This document shows, piece by piece, positions 33,146-45,315 of a DNA stretch of 64,000 nt (position 1 is its first letter; the number at the start of each line of letters is the position of its first letter). The DNA comes from an uncultured cyanobacterium (lineage in GTDB: Bacteria > Cyanobacteriota > Cyanobacteriia > Cyanobacteriales > Cyanobacteriaceae). The stretch lies in NCBI GenBank assembly GCA_963710605.1, contig CAVQBA010000007.1, forward strand, positions 32,001 through 96,000, in the 5' to 3' direction. The position numbers and the translations under genes were made by a program. The notes beneath the pieces are model-generated. The model had not been told where the DNA came from. It worked only from the letters and a program-made list of their open reading frames with translations, and ran no database searches.

Positions 33146-33331
33146 ATGAAATTACATTTTCACGGTGCAGATTACGATCGTCAATCTTTAGGTATTGAGG
33201 CAGAAGACAAACAACTCACTGGTAAATATAGAGGATTAAACGTCACAATTCATCAACATACAGTCAAACAACGTAATTCTCAATCAAACAAAGAAATGAC
33301 TTATCGTGGTGTTAGTTATAGCCGTAAATAA
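33146..33331 (+). CDS. DUF4278 small protein
   Basis: MKLHFHGADY...GKYRG...MTYRGVSY signature. Confidence 0.8.
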   Translation: MKLHFHGADYDRQSLGIEAEDKQLTGKYRGLNVTIHQHTVKQRNSQSNKEMTYRGVSYSRK

Positions 33332-33498
33332 GCTGATTAATCGATTTGAATTGTTAAACAGCAAAGATTTCTCAACCTCTCAATTAATAAAAAAGAAAAA
33401 CACTACCTAGATTCAAAAAGCGATACTTAAGAGTATCGAGGTAATGTTTAATTTAGATACAGATTTAATCAAATTTCCTAGCAGACGAGGTGACATAG

Positions 33499-33717
33499 AT
33501 GGTAACAAAATATCAAAACATTATTCGATCGACTAGTGATAGATTAGAAATGAAAGAAGAAGATATTCTTGGATTAGTTAGTAATAAACAACTCGTAAAA
33601 AAAGATATGCTTCCTCGACATCTCACTTCACCGTTATTTAAAAAACCTCGTCAATTTTTAAGCCTCAATTCTTGTCATGTTCATTGTTTGAAGTGTGAAG
33701 CGATAACTGTTATGTAG
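33499..33717 (+). CDS. Hypothetical small protein
   Basis: 72 aa ORF with GAGGTG RBS upstream and a terminator downstream. Confidence 0.5.
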   Translation: MVTKYQNIIRSTSDRLEMKEEDILGLVSNKQLVKKDMLPRHLTSPLFKKPRQFLSLNSCHVHCLKCEAITVM

Positions 33718-33750
33718 CTAATAGTTTAGTGATAAAAATATAAATTTAAA

Positions 33751-33786
33751 AGTAGAGATAAGGTATGCTTTGTCTCTACTTTTTTT
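33751..33786. terminator. Intrinsic (possibly bidirectional) terminator
   Basis: AGTAGAGATAAG-GTATG-CTTTGTCTCTACT followed by a T-run and preceded by an A-run. Confidence 0.7.
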
Positions 33787-33955
33787 ATAAATAATATAGC
33801 AACCTTTCAGGTAAATTAAGAGATTTATTTGTTTAAACCTCGCCTAACCCCTCCTTTATATAGAAGGGGAACTTTTTTTTTATCTTAAATAACAGCAAAA
33901 ACCTTTACTGCTACACCTCCTCATTAGCTTGTAATAATAAGGTGTCAAAGTTAAA

Positions 33956-36578
<2,623 letters not shown>

Positions 36579-37243
36579 TTTACTTTCTACTATAGTTAAT
36601 TAATATATAAAAATCGATCGTTATCAATAAAATATCAAATATCTACTGATTACGAGAATGAGTCTTAATGTTCGCAAAAAAATAGCATTATTAAAAACTA
36701 AGGAAGATAGCCAATCATAACCGGTGATGAATTCTTATTTGAAGCAATTATTCAGTGAGAATTTATGCACTCGCTTGTCAAAGTATTGAGAAAATTGCAG
36801 TCATCATATTTTTCGAGATAGTCTTAATCAGCTTGATAGTTTTGTTTTGTTTTTATCTACTCCTTTTTAAAATAAATATCTATTTTTTGTCACAACAAAA
36901 AGACTCTTATTTTAGTTTTGGTTACGAAGTATTCATCTTTTGACTACAACAGTTTGCTTAGATGTTTAGTTAAATAGCTCGATCGCTTCTTTACTTTATG
37001 AGTGTCTTTTTAATAAATGTTTTTGAGCTTCGTAAACTATATCTATTATAATTTTTAACCACCACAATCAAACGTGTGGAATTCCCTACATAAAGCAATG
37101 GAGAATCGTTGGATGTGAGAATCGTTCAGAGTGCGAGAATGAAGAATATTTAATTGTCAATTGTTAACTATCAACTATTGACATTGTCAATTATAATGAA
37201 GACAGACTGAAGTGACTATAAGACTTTGTTTAAAGTATTAATC

Positions 37244-37783
37244 ATGACTAACAATAATTTACACTATCCTATTTTTGGTTCAGAAATTAATTGTCCTCAT
37301 TGTCGCCAAACTATAGAAGCATTAACTTTAACCGATAGTTATTTATGTGATCGTCATGGTGCGTTTGAAGCTAACCCTCATTCCTTAGTATTAGTCCATT
37401 TACAATCGGGAAGACAATGGCGTAGATGGGAAGAGAAATGGTATCGTCAACATACTCATCCTGATGGTATTCGTTTTGAAATTCACGAAGCACTCGATCG
37501 ACTTTACACCGAAGGTTATCGGGCGACTAAAATTATTATTGCTTCTCGGTATTATAATCTGATTAGCTCTTATCTAGAAAAGGGTAACAATTGGCAAACA
37601 GATTCAGATAGTAGATTATATAAGTTATATGGCTTACCTGTAGAATTTAGCGATCAATTTACCAATGAAGAAGAAGAAGAAAACCAAAAGGAAGAAAACT
37701 CTCGTTGGGATGTTATTAATTTTAGTCTAGAAAAAGAAAAAGGTTCTCCTTCTCGTTATCCTTATTTCCGTTTATTTGAATAA
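37244..37783 (+). CDS. TIGR02652-family protein
   Basis: YPIFG..I.CPHCRQTI.ALTLTD.YLC.RHGAFEA...WYRQHTHPDGIRFEIHEALDRL...YPYFRLF. Confidence 0.85.
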   Translation: MTNNNLHYPIFGSEINCPHCRQTIEALTLTDSYLCDRHGAFEANPHSLVLVHLQSGRQWRRWEEKWYRQHTHPDGIRFEIHEALDRLYTEGYRATKIIIASRYYNLISSYLEKGNNWQTDSDSRLYKLYGLPVEFSDQFTNEEEEENQKEENSRWDVINFSLEKEKGSPSRYPYFRLFE

Positions 37784-37786
37784 CTA

Positions 37787-37813
37787 GATAACAATTAACA
37801 ATTAACAATTAAC
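37787..37813. repeat. STRR array (TAACAAT)n
   Basis: Tandem TAACAAT copies. Confidence 0.6.
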
Positions 37814-37849
37814 ACTTTATAACGAATAGTGAACAATTAATACTTGTTA

Positions 37850-37963
37850 CTTATTCCCTATTCCCTATTCCCTATTCCCTATTCCCCATTCCCCATTCCC
37901 TATTCCCCATTCCCTATTCCCCATTCCCCATTCCCTATTCCCTATTCCTTACTCCTTACTCCT
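37850..37963. repeat. STRR heptamer array (TATTCCC/CATTCCC, grading into TTACTCC)
   Basis: About 16 tandem heptamers; they produce the artefactual IPYSPFP N-terminus in the ORF track. Confidence 0.92.
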
Positions 37964-37966
37964 TTA

Positions 37967-38404
37967 ATGTTGTTGCATCATATCTCAATTCGGACGGCTG
38001 ATATTTTTAAAGCGATCGCTTTTTATGAATTATTAGGTTTTGAAGTCAAAGAAAGATTCACCACAGGTTATACTTTAGCTTGTTGGTTAGAAGGATTAGG
38101 CGGTAGATTAGAATTGATGCAAATACCTGAGCCATCACCAGCAGTAGATGCTTTCAACGATGAACATTATGTCGGTTACTATCATCTTTCTTTTGATATC
38201 ACCTCAGAAAATATTGATTTACCAACATGGTTGGATAAACTCAAAACAGATTTTCAACAAGCGAGTGAAAAAAATCCACAACAGTTTTCACCGTTAAATA
38301 TTTTATTACCACCACAACAACAAATGATTGAAGACAAAATATTTGAAGTAGCTTTTATCAGCGATACAGATAATTTACCATTAGAAATAATACGTCGTAT
38401 TTAA
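37967..38404 (+). CDS. VOC/glyoxalase family protein
   Basis: MLLHHISIRTADIFKAIAFYELLGF...GYYHLSFD...D.DNLPLE; true ATG at 37967, after the STRR array. Confidence 0.85.
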   Translation: MLLHHISIRTADIFKAIAFYELLGFEVKERFTTGYTLACWLEGLGGRLELMQIPEPSPAVDAFNDEHYVGYYHLSFDITSENIDLPTWLDKLKTDFQQASEKNPQQFSPLNILLPPQQQMIEDKIFEVAFISDTDNLPLEIIRRI

Positions 38405-38459
38405 TTAATTGTTTTGAATCTTTTTTAAAAAAAGGAGAAAGTTTAGTTTTTATTTTTAC

Positions 38460-38650
38460 CTATCGTTTATCGCCCATAAATTTTACTCCCCTACTACCAT
38501 GATTGTAGGTTGCACCACTCCACTTATCTACAACTAGGTTGCCCGACAATACGACTTGAGATGAGAGCCAATTTCTTGCTTTTTGTAAGTCCGGGGATGC
38601 TTAAAAAAGAGCTGATCATTTTTAATAAATTCAGCCAAAGCACTACTAAA
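38460..38650 (-). pseudogene. Probable frameshifted gene fragment of unknown family
   Basis: Minus strand reads ...LFFKHPRTYKKQEIGSHLKSYCRAT, then after a frame change NLVVDKWSGATYNHGSRGVKFM. Protein-like and GC-richer than the flanks, with no start. Confidence 0.3.
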
Positions 38651-38874
38651 ATTTTTGATCTCTTGATTCTTCTGTTAATCTATTATATCGATCGGCTACC
38701 TAATTAAAAACAAAGATAAGCTTGTTAGTATTTTTGCTTAAATAATTTAAGAAATGATTAAAAATATTATTCTACTTTAGATTAAAACGATCGTATCTGA
38801 CCAAAATATAAGCTCAAATCAAATCGTCTCATGAAACTTGAGCTATTAATTACATCAATTGATAAATAAATCAT

Positions 38875-39171
38875 CTAAAGAGTCGCCAAATCGGTTTGAA
38901 ATTTAGATAAATACTTTTCAATCAAATGAAATTGTTTTGCATTCAACTGATAGTAAATCCATCTACCGTCTTGTCTAGTCTGAACAAACTCAGCTTCTTT
39001 AAGAATTTTTAAATGGAAAGATAATTTGGGTTGTTTTAGATTCAAACTTTTGCATAAATCGCTAACACACATTTCATTACTAGTTAATTTTTCAATTACT
39101 TTTAAGCGAATAGGATCAGATAAGGCATGAAAATAGACAGAAAGTGACTCTATATTAGATGACGAAGACAT
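38875..39171 (-). CDS. ArsR/SmtB family transcriptional regulator
   Basis: FHALSDPIRL, EMCVSDL, QPKLSFHLKIL, GRWIYY. Confidence 0.92.
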   Translation of the reverse strand: MSSSSNIESLSVYFHALSDPIRLKVIEKLTSNEMCVSDLCKSLNLKQPKLSFHLKILKEAEFVQTRQDGRWIYYQLNAKQFHLIEKYLSKFQTDLATL

Positions 39172-39468
39172 TGTATATATACCTACGAATTTATACGGGC
39201 ATAAAATTTATTCTAAAGCTTTATACTCAATTTGCAACATATTTATGATTCAGATTAAATAAATTTTAAATAAATTTTAGATAAAGTAATTATAATCTTT
39301 AAGTAATAATACCAGAAGTAGTTAATTTGCAAGATACTTAAGATCAACAGATAAAGGGTATATTAATCAAAAAGACAAAAAATAAACCAATATAACTATA
39401 TTTAAGTTTAATTAAGATTTGTTAAACTAAAGAAAAGATAAATTCGATTAAAATCAGATTAAGCCGAT

Positions 39469-40877
39469 ATGACCGCTACACAATCTTCTTTGGACTTAAA
39501 ACAACAAAATAGTACTAATACTCTTCCTGTAGGTGGTCTAGACCCCGAAAATTTTGATTATAAGGAAGTATGGTATCCTCTTTTTTTATCAGTGATTTAG
39601 CTAAAGACAAACCTACTTCTTTTACTTTATTAGACGAAGATTTAGTTATTTGGTGGGATAAAGCCGACGAACAATGGCGAGTATTTACCGATATGTGTCC
39701 TCATCGTTTAGCACCTTTAAGCACAGGTAGAGTTAACGAAGATGGTTTATTAGAATGTGCTTATCACGGTTGGACATTCTCAGGAAACGGTAATTGTGAG
39801 TTTATCCCTCAACAACTAGAAGGAAAAAGTCGAGAAAAATCCGATCGTGCTTGTGTCAAATCTTATCCGACAACGATCGTTCACGATATGTTATTTGTTT
39901 ATGCAGGTAAACCAGAAAATGCACCTTTAGTTTCTGTACCCATCACTCAACCCTTGACGGAAAATAAGGACAAATGGGTTGTGATGAAGACATTTAGAGA
40001 TATACCTTATGATGCTTTAACTTTGTTAGAAAATGTTTTGGATGCTAGTCATGTGTCTTATACCCATCATGGCACAGTGGGTAATCGTTCTAATGCCGCT
40101 CCTGTAGAGTTAGAGGTAACTAGTCGTAATCGCCAAGGTTTTACTGGTTTTTGGGAAGAAGGACCCCGTAAAGGTACACTTGGTAGTCAGACAACTACTT
40201 TTATTGCTCCAAATTTGATGTGGCATGATTTGGAATCAGAAAAAATAGGACGGACAATGACGGTTGTTTATGTTACTCCGATTAGTAAAGGTAAATGCCG
40301 TCTTTTTGCTTTATTTCCGTTTCAGTTTGCTTCAAAAGTACCTCAATTATTTATTAAACTAACTCCTCAATGGTATTCTCATTTAAACCAAAATACTATT
40401 TTAGAAGATGATCAAATCTTTTTACATTATCAAGAGCGTTATTTAGAAAAATTAGGTGGTAGTGCCAAATTTAATCAGGCTTATTATTTACCAACAAAAT
40501 CAGATTTATTTGTCAGTGAATTACGTAAATGGATGAATAAATATAATGCTGAAATTTTTACTGAGCAGACTTTTCCTGAAACTCCGACTCACGATCGTTT
40601 AATGGAAAGATATTATTCTCATACTCAACAATGTCATAGTTGTAGTAATGCTTTAAAAAATATCAATAAGATTCGTTTAGTTTTACTTATTATAACAAGC
40701 GTATTATGGTCGATTATGCCTGTAATTAGTCTATATGTAAATAGTTTACCAACAGTAATTGTGCCGATCGTTTCTGGTGTTAGTTTGATTAATGTTGCCC
40801 TGTATTTATATTTAGGAAAACTCAAAAATAGATTTTATCAAGGTGTGGAAGTGCCTTCTAGGAATATAGCGAAATAA
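39469..40877 (+). CDS. Rieske non-heme iron oxygenase, pheophorbide a oxygenase (PaO/Tic55) family; -1 frameshift in the T7 run at 39581-39587
   Basis: ATG 39469 reads MTATQ...VGGLDPENFDYKEVWYP, and one more T joins it to FISDL. CPHRLAPLS/CAYHGW Rieske motif, ENVLDASHVSYTHH iron site, CHSC, C-terminal TMs. Confidence 0.85.
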
Positions 40878-41014
40878 TTGATAATTGATAATTAAAAATA
40901 CTTTTTAACTGTTAACTTTTAACTCTTAACTCTTAACTCAATAAAACTTATCATCGATCGTCATAATAACTTGATATTAAGATTAGTATAAGAAAACTTA
41001 GCAATCAAGGTATC

Positions 41015-42511
41015 ATGGAAAAGTATATATTAGCGATCGATCAAGGAACAACAAGTTCTAGAGCGTTATTATTTGCAAACAATGGTAATATAATTTCCAG
41101 CTCTCAATTAGAATTTACTCAATATTATCCTAACCCGGGGGAAGTAGAACATAACCCGATCGAGATTTGGGAATCAGTTGTCACTGTAGTCGAAAAACTT
41201 TGTCGCCAAACTCAAATAGATAAAAAACAAATTGCGGGTATCGGTATTACCAATCAACGAGAAACTACTGTAGTTTGGAATAAAGAAACAAGCGAACCAA
41301 TCTATAATGCGATCGTTTGGCAAGACAGACGTACAGCAAGTAAAATAGATGAATTAAAAGCCAGAGGTTTGCAAGCAGAAGTCAAAGAAAGATCGGGTTT
41401 GTTTTTAGATGCCTATTTTTCAGCTAGTAAAATAGAATGGATTTTAGATCATGTTGAAGGGGCAAGAGACTTAGCCAATCAAGATAAACTCGCTTTTGGC
41501 ACGATCGATACATGGCTAGTGTGGAAATTAACGGGGGGTAAAACTCATGTCACCGATGTTAGTAATGCTTGTCGTACCTTATTATTAAACGTGAATAAAG
41601 TACAATGGGATCCATTATTGTTAGAAATATTTAATATCCCTACCTCATTGTTACCCGAATTATGCGATAACAGCGGTATCATAGCTCATACAGATAAAGA
41701 AATATTCGGCATTGAAATACCCATTTCAGGTATGGCAGGAGATCAACAAGCCGCCACCTTTGGGCATACAGGTTTTCACCCCGGGATAGCTAAAAACACT
41801 TATGGTACAGGTTGCTTTTTAATTTCGCCTACAGGTAACAAAGTTGTCCATTCGGAAAATAGTTTGTTATCAACTATCGGTTGGCGTTTTAACGACCAAA
41901 TAACCTATGTCTTAGAAGGCAGTATCTTAGCCAGTGGTTCGGCTATTACATGGCTTAGAGATGGTTTAGGAATGATCAATAGTGCTGATGAAGTTAATGA
42001 ATTAGCTAATAGCGTCGATGATAGTAATGATGTTTATTTTGTTCCCGCTTTAGCTGGATTAGGCTCACCTCATTGGGATCAATATGCTCGTGGTACGATC
42101 GTTGGTATAAGTCGTGCAACAACCAAAGCACATATAGCTAGAGCAACTTTAGAAGGAATTGCTTTTCAAGTTTATGATGTAGTTGAAAGTTTGAATAAAG
42201 AATGTGGTAAAAAATTAGAACTACTAAAAGTTGATGGTGGTGCGGCTAGAAGTGATTTTCTGTTACAATTCCAAGCCGATATTTTAGGTATTCAAGTAGA
42301 AAGACCAAAAGAAGTTGAATTAACTGCTAGAGGAGTTGCCTATTTTGCTGGTTTAGGAGTTGGTTTTTGGCGTGATTTAGAACAAATTCAAGCAATTGAA
42401 ACTCAAAGTACTATTTTTGAACCGAAGATTAAACCCTCTGAAGCTAAATCTTTATGTGATAGATGGCAAGATGCGTTGAATCGATCGTATCAATGGGCAA
42501 AACCTAGTTAG
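41015..42511 (+). CDS. glpK: Glycerol kinase
   Basis: AIDQGTTSSR, GITNQRET, WQDRRT, GDQQAA, KNTYGTGCF, VDGG. Confidence 0.95.
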   Translation: MEKYILAIDQGTTSSRALLFANNGNIISSSQLEFTQYYPNPGEVEHNPIEIWESVVTVVEKLCRQTQIDKKQIAGIGITNQRETTVVWNKETSEPIYNAIVWQDRRTASKIDELKARGLQAEVKERSGLFLDAYFSASKIEWILDHVEGARDLANQDKLAFGTIDTWLVWKLTGGKTHVTDVSNACRTLLLNVNKVQWDPLLLEIFNIPTSLLPELCDNSGIIAHTDKEIFGIEIPISGMAGDQQAATFGHTGFHPGIAKNTYGTGCFLISPTGNKVVHSENSLLSTIGWRFNDQITYVLEGSILASGSAITWLRDGLGMINSADEVNELANSVDDSNDVYFVPALAGLGSPHWDQYARGTIVGISRATTKAHIARATLEGIAFQVYDVVESLNKECGKKLELLKVDGGAARSDFLLQFQADILGIQVERPKEVELTARGVAYFAGLGVGFWRDLEQIQAIETQSTIFEPKIKPSEAKSLCDRWQDALNRSYQWAKPS

Positions 42512-42878
42512 ATAATTGAAATATAAGCGTTTTAGTAACTATGGCAATTATTGGTGTCCTAATTATAAAAGTTTTATGACAAAAAACTTCATCGATCGTT
42601 CTAATCATAAGGCTTACAAGTATATGACGTAAATCGAGATAACGACTCCTCTCTGGTAATTTCATCAATTACAGGGGCGGAGTTGTTCACTAAAACGGTG
42701 ACGGTAGCTTCATTAGAAAGATTACCATCGTTATCTTCGCTATGTATAGGTAAATCGATCGATTCCCACAAACTCGCTATTAGGTTGATAGTCAACTATG
42801 CCTTGTTAATTAACTGTGATAACGCCGTTGTTAGGTTGGCTAGTTATTTGTAAGCTATTAGGTATTAATGTACCATCA

Positions 42879-42909
42879 CGATCGGCTGAAGCCGGCGCTG
42901 CGCGATCGC
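42879..42909. mobile_element. 24-bp small dispersed repeat (SDR-like) inserted at a HIP1 site
   Basis: CGATCG-GCTGAAGCCGGCGCTGCG-CGATCG(C): two HIP1 cores 24 nt apart flanking a GC-rich insert, in frame (ANDSDR-AAPASADR-DG). Confidence 0.7.
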
Positions 42910-43000
42910 TATCGTTAGCTAAGACATTAATAACTATATTTTCTCTTTGGTTTATGGAGATTAAATCTTTGAGGGCTAATGGAGCGGTGAGGGAGATTCC

Positions 43001-43087
43001 CCCCTCTCCTTCGGAAGGAGAGGGGCTGGGGGTGAGGTTGAAATTTAGAGAAGAATCCCCCCTAGCCCCCCTTTGTAAGGGGGGAAC
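43001..43087. repeat. Two GC-rich palindromic repeats lying in-frame within the pseudogene
   Basis: CCCCTCTCCTTC-G-GAAGGAGAGGGG (43001-43025) and CCCCCCTT-TGT-AAGGGGGG (about 43066-43084), translated as TPSPSPSEGEG and PPLQRGARG. Confidence 0.8.
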
Positions 43088-43720
43088 AACGATCTGGTCG
43101 TGGTTGTGAGTCTGAGGTATCAGGGTATGATAAGTGTCTGTTTTTGTATTTTGAATTGCGTTGAGTATTAAGACATTAATATCGGAAGGAAGTTTACGGA
43201 TACCAGGGGCGAGATGGGTATTTAATAAGTCATGGGGATGAGCTTGTTTGTCTAAATGTGAACCATCTACTGAGAGCAAGGCAGTAAAGTTATCGCCGAT
43301 AAAGGTACGTCTGCCATTTTTATAACGAACATTTTTATCAAATTCTGAATAACCACCCATGAAGCCATAAAGGTGAGCGGTTTCATGGAGGATAGTGGTA
43401 AGGAGATCGTATTTACCATAAGCTGGAGAATCTGGTGTAGTAGAAAATGCCCAATCTGTATTTGTGATGGAGTATTCTTCGTTAGCGAAGGGAGTAGAGT
43501 CGATAAACCAGCCTAAACCGTTGGCATTATGATCGATGGAAACTATACCAGCGTTTGGTTTGCCTTGGGAGTCGAAGCCTGTGATGGTAGCTTCTGCTAG
43601 TTGTCCAGTGGGTAAGTCTTTTATTTCATAGGTGATGTCGATGTTTGTTTGAGGTAGAAGAGTTGACCAGATATTATTTACGCTATTATTTAATTGGTTT
43701 AATGTTTGGAAATTGGAATT

Positions 43721-44265
43721 ATGATTAAAATGACCATTAGAAGAATTGTTGAAAAGGTATGATACTGGAAAAAGAGATTTCAGAAGAATTAATTTTGATT
43801 ATTTCCAAAACTGGAAATTTCACAAACCTTAGAAAACTTATTTTGAGCGGAGTTGATTTGAGGTTCTCCTATTTTCATGGATTTGTTTTTTTCACCGAAG
43901 TTAACCTGAGTCAATGCCAATCTCAGAGGAATTGATTTGTCCGAATGTAATTTGAGAGGGCTAACTTCAGTGGGGCTGACTTGAGCTTTTCTGATTTGAG
44001 TTTTTCCGATTTGAGTTTTTCCAATTTGAGTGGGGCTAATTTGAGTGGTATATTCTTCAGAGATACTAGTTCTTTGGGAAGCCGACTTGAATAGGACTGA
44101 TTTGAGTGGAGCTTGGTTGCATAATACCCGTTTTTTGGAAAATAATTTGACTAGAACTAATTTTAGTCATGTAAGGGATCTTGATTGTTGTGATTTGTCT
44201 AGTTGTATTATTCGAACGAAACCATTATGTCTGATGGTATTATTCGTAATCAGTTGATGAATTAA
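43721..44265 (+). pseudogene. Pentapeptide-repeat protein pseudogene (several frameshifts)
   Basis: MIKMTI / EELLKRYDTGKRDF N-terminus, 15-bp tandem GATTTGAGTTTTTCC, ADLNRTDLSGAWL, C-terminal ETIMSDGIIRN. Confidence 0.75.
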
Positions 44266-44496
44266 AATTATTTACATTTTGATTAAAACTTGTATTTGCT
44301 AAAAGATTAGTGCGATCGAGATCTTGTAGGTATGAGCTGAGCCTAAAAACTTTAATTTATATTCGATACATAAAATGAAAGCGAAACCCAACACTACCCT
44401 CTATTAACAACCCTACCTCGACTCAAACTAATAAAATGTAATGGAGAATCAAACACAGTGTCGTAACCTAAAATTAAACCAACTTCTGAAGGAGTA

Positions 44497-44745
44497 TCAT
44501 CGCCCGATGTATTTATTGTTAGATAAATTAGGTTCGACAAAATTATTAGTTAATCCTACCAAAATTTGACGATCGACTCCTGTAGTCAAAGTAATAGCAC
44601 TCGGATATACTTGTAAATCATAACTTTGAGCGATGGCTAAATATAAACTTTCCTCATCGGTAGTTAACGGTATATCACCAACTCGAATTGCTATCACAGC
44701 AGTAATAAATACTATCACTAGAGGCAGAAAGTATGATCTTACCAT
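44497..44745 (-). pseudogene. Further fragment of a large surface protein
   Basis: AIAQSYDLQVYPSAITLTTGVDRQILVGL resembles Ig-like segments of giant cyanobacterial proteins; isolated and short. Confidence 0.4.
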
Positions 44746-44847
44746 CGTTTAAAGCTGTAATCTTTCTATCGTCTATCGTAGCTACTAGGCAAATGCCATT
44801 ATCAGCTATTTAGTTTAGGTGAATCTATTTAATACAATCATAATCAA

Positions 44848-45177
44848 ATGCGTAAATTTCATATTGCACTATCTATCAAAAATCTTGAGCAATCTATTTT
44901 AGATTACAGCAAACGTCTAAATTGCTCTCCTTGCTTAGTAATTCCGAATGAATATGCTCTCTGGCGTACTGATGAACTTAACTTTTCAATTAGACAAACA
45001 GGTAAAACAGAAGAAAAATTACGTCACCTAGGTTGGGAAGATAATCAATTAACTGAAGAAGTTGGTGATGATGAAGACGTTAACGGTATTGTATGGGAAA
45101 ATTTCAGTGCTTCACAACAAGCTGAAGAAATAAATAATATTTGGTCAGATACTAACTATATCGTGATTGAAGATTAA
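44848..45177 (+). CDS. VOC-like hypothetical protein
   Basis: KFHIALS...DYSKRL...YALWRT..LNFSI...LRHLGWED...DVNGIVWENF. Confidence 0.7.
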   Translation: MRKFHIALSIKNLEQSILDYSKRLNCSPCLVIPNEYALWRTDELNFSIRQTGKTEEKLRHLGWEDNQLTEEVGDDEDVNGIVWENFSASQQAEEINNIWSDTNYIVIED

Positions 45178-45195
45178 TCGAGACTTACAAGTAAA

Positions 45196-45219
45196 ATGAC
45201 TAAAGTCATTACTACAAAC
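45196..45219. repeat. REP-like palindrome, copy 1 (upstream of the P450)
   Basis: ATGACT-AA-AGTCAT-TACTACAAAC; a near-identical copy is at 46646-46669. Confidence 0.7.
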
Positions 45220-45315
45220 AATTAACAATTAGTCATAATTTTACTAAAAATCGATCGTCTCAGATGAAAGAAAATAATTGATAATTAATAATAAAGGATT
45301 AACGATTAAATACTA

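Larger units (their letters stand above)
42601..43700 (-). pseudogene. Fragments of a giant Ig-like/cadherin surface protein with an HExxH metalloprotease module
   Basis: The frame upstream of ORF 42806-43360 reads DLPTGQLAEATITGFD...DHNANGLGWFIDSTP...YDLLTTILHETAHLYGF. Downstream pieces read INVLANDSD..DG and DNDGNLSNEATVTV (Ig-like repeats). No start, and premature stops. Confidence 0.75.

Noticed and set aside
36764..36790. CIRCE element upstream of clpB (hrcA is in the window)
   Set aside because: Only GCACTC of the left arm matches; the right arm and spacing do not fit TTAGCACTC-N9-GAGTGCTAA.
36755..36943. 62-aa hydrophobic ORF upstream of clpB
   Set aside because: Low-complexity T-rich sequence yields F/L/I by chance; no RBS or motif.
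37844..37966. Pro-rich N-terminal extension of the VOC protein
   Set aside because: It is the translation of an STRR array; the conserved domain begins at ATG 37967.
38510..38707. 65-aa plus-strand ORF
   Set aside because: TTG start with no RBS or motif; the opposite strand gives a more protein-like, though broken, reading.
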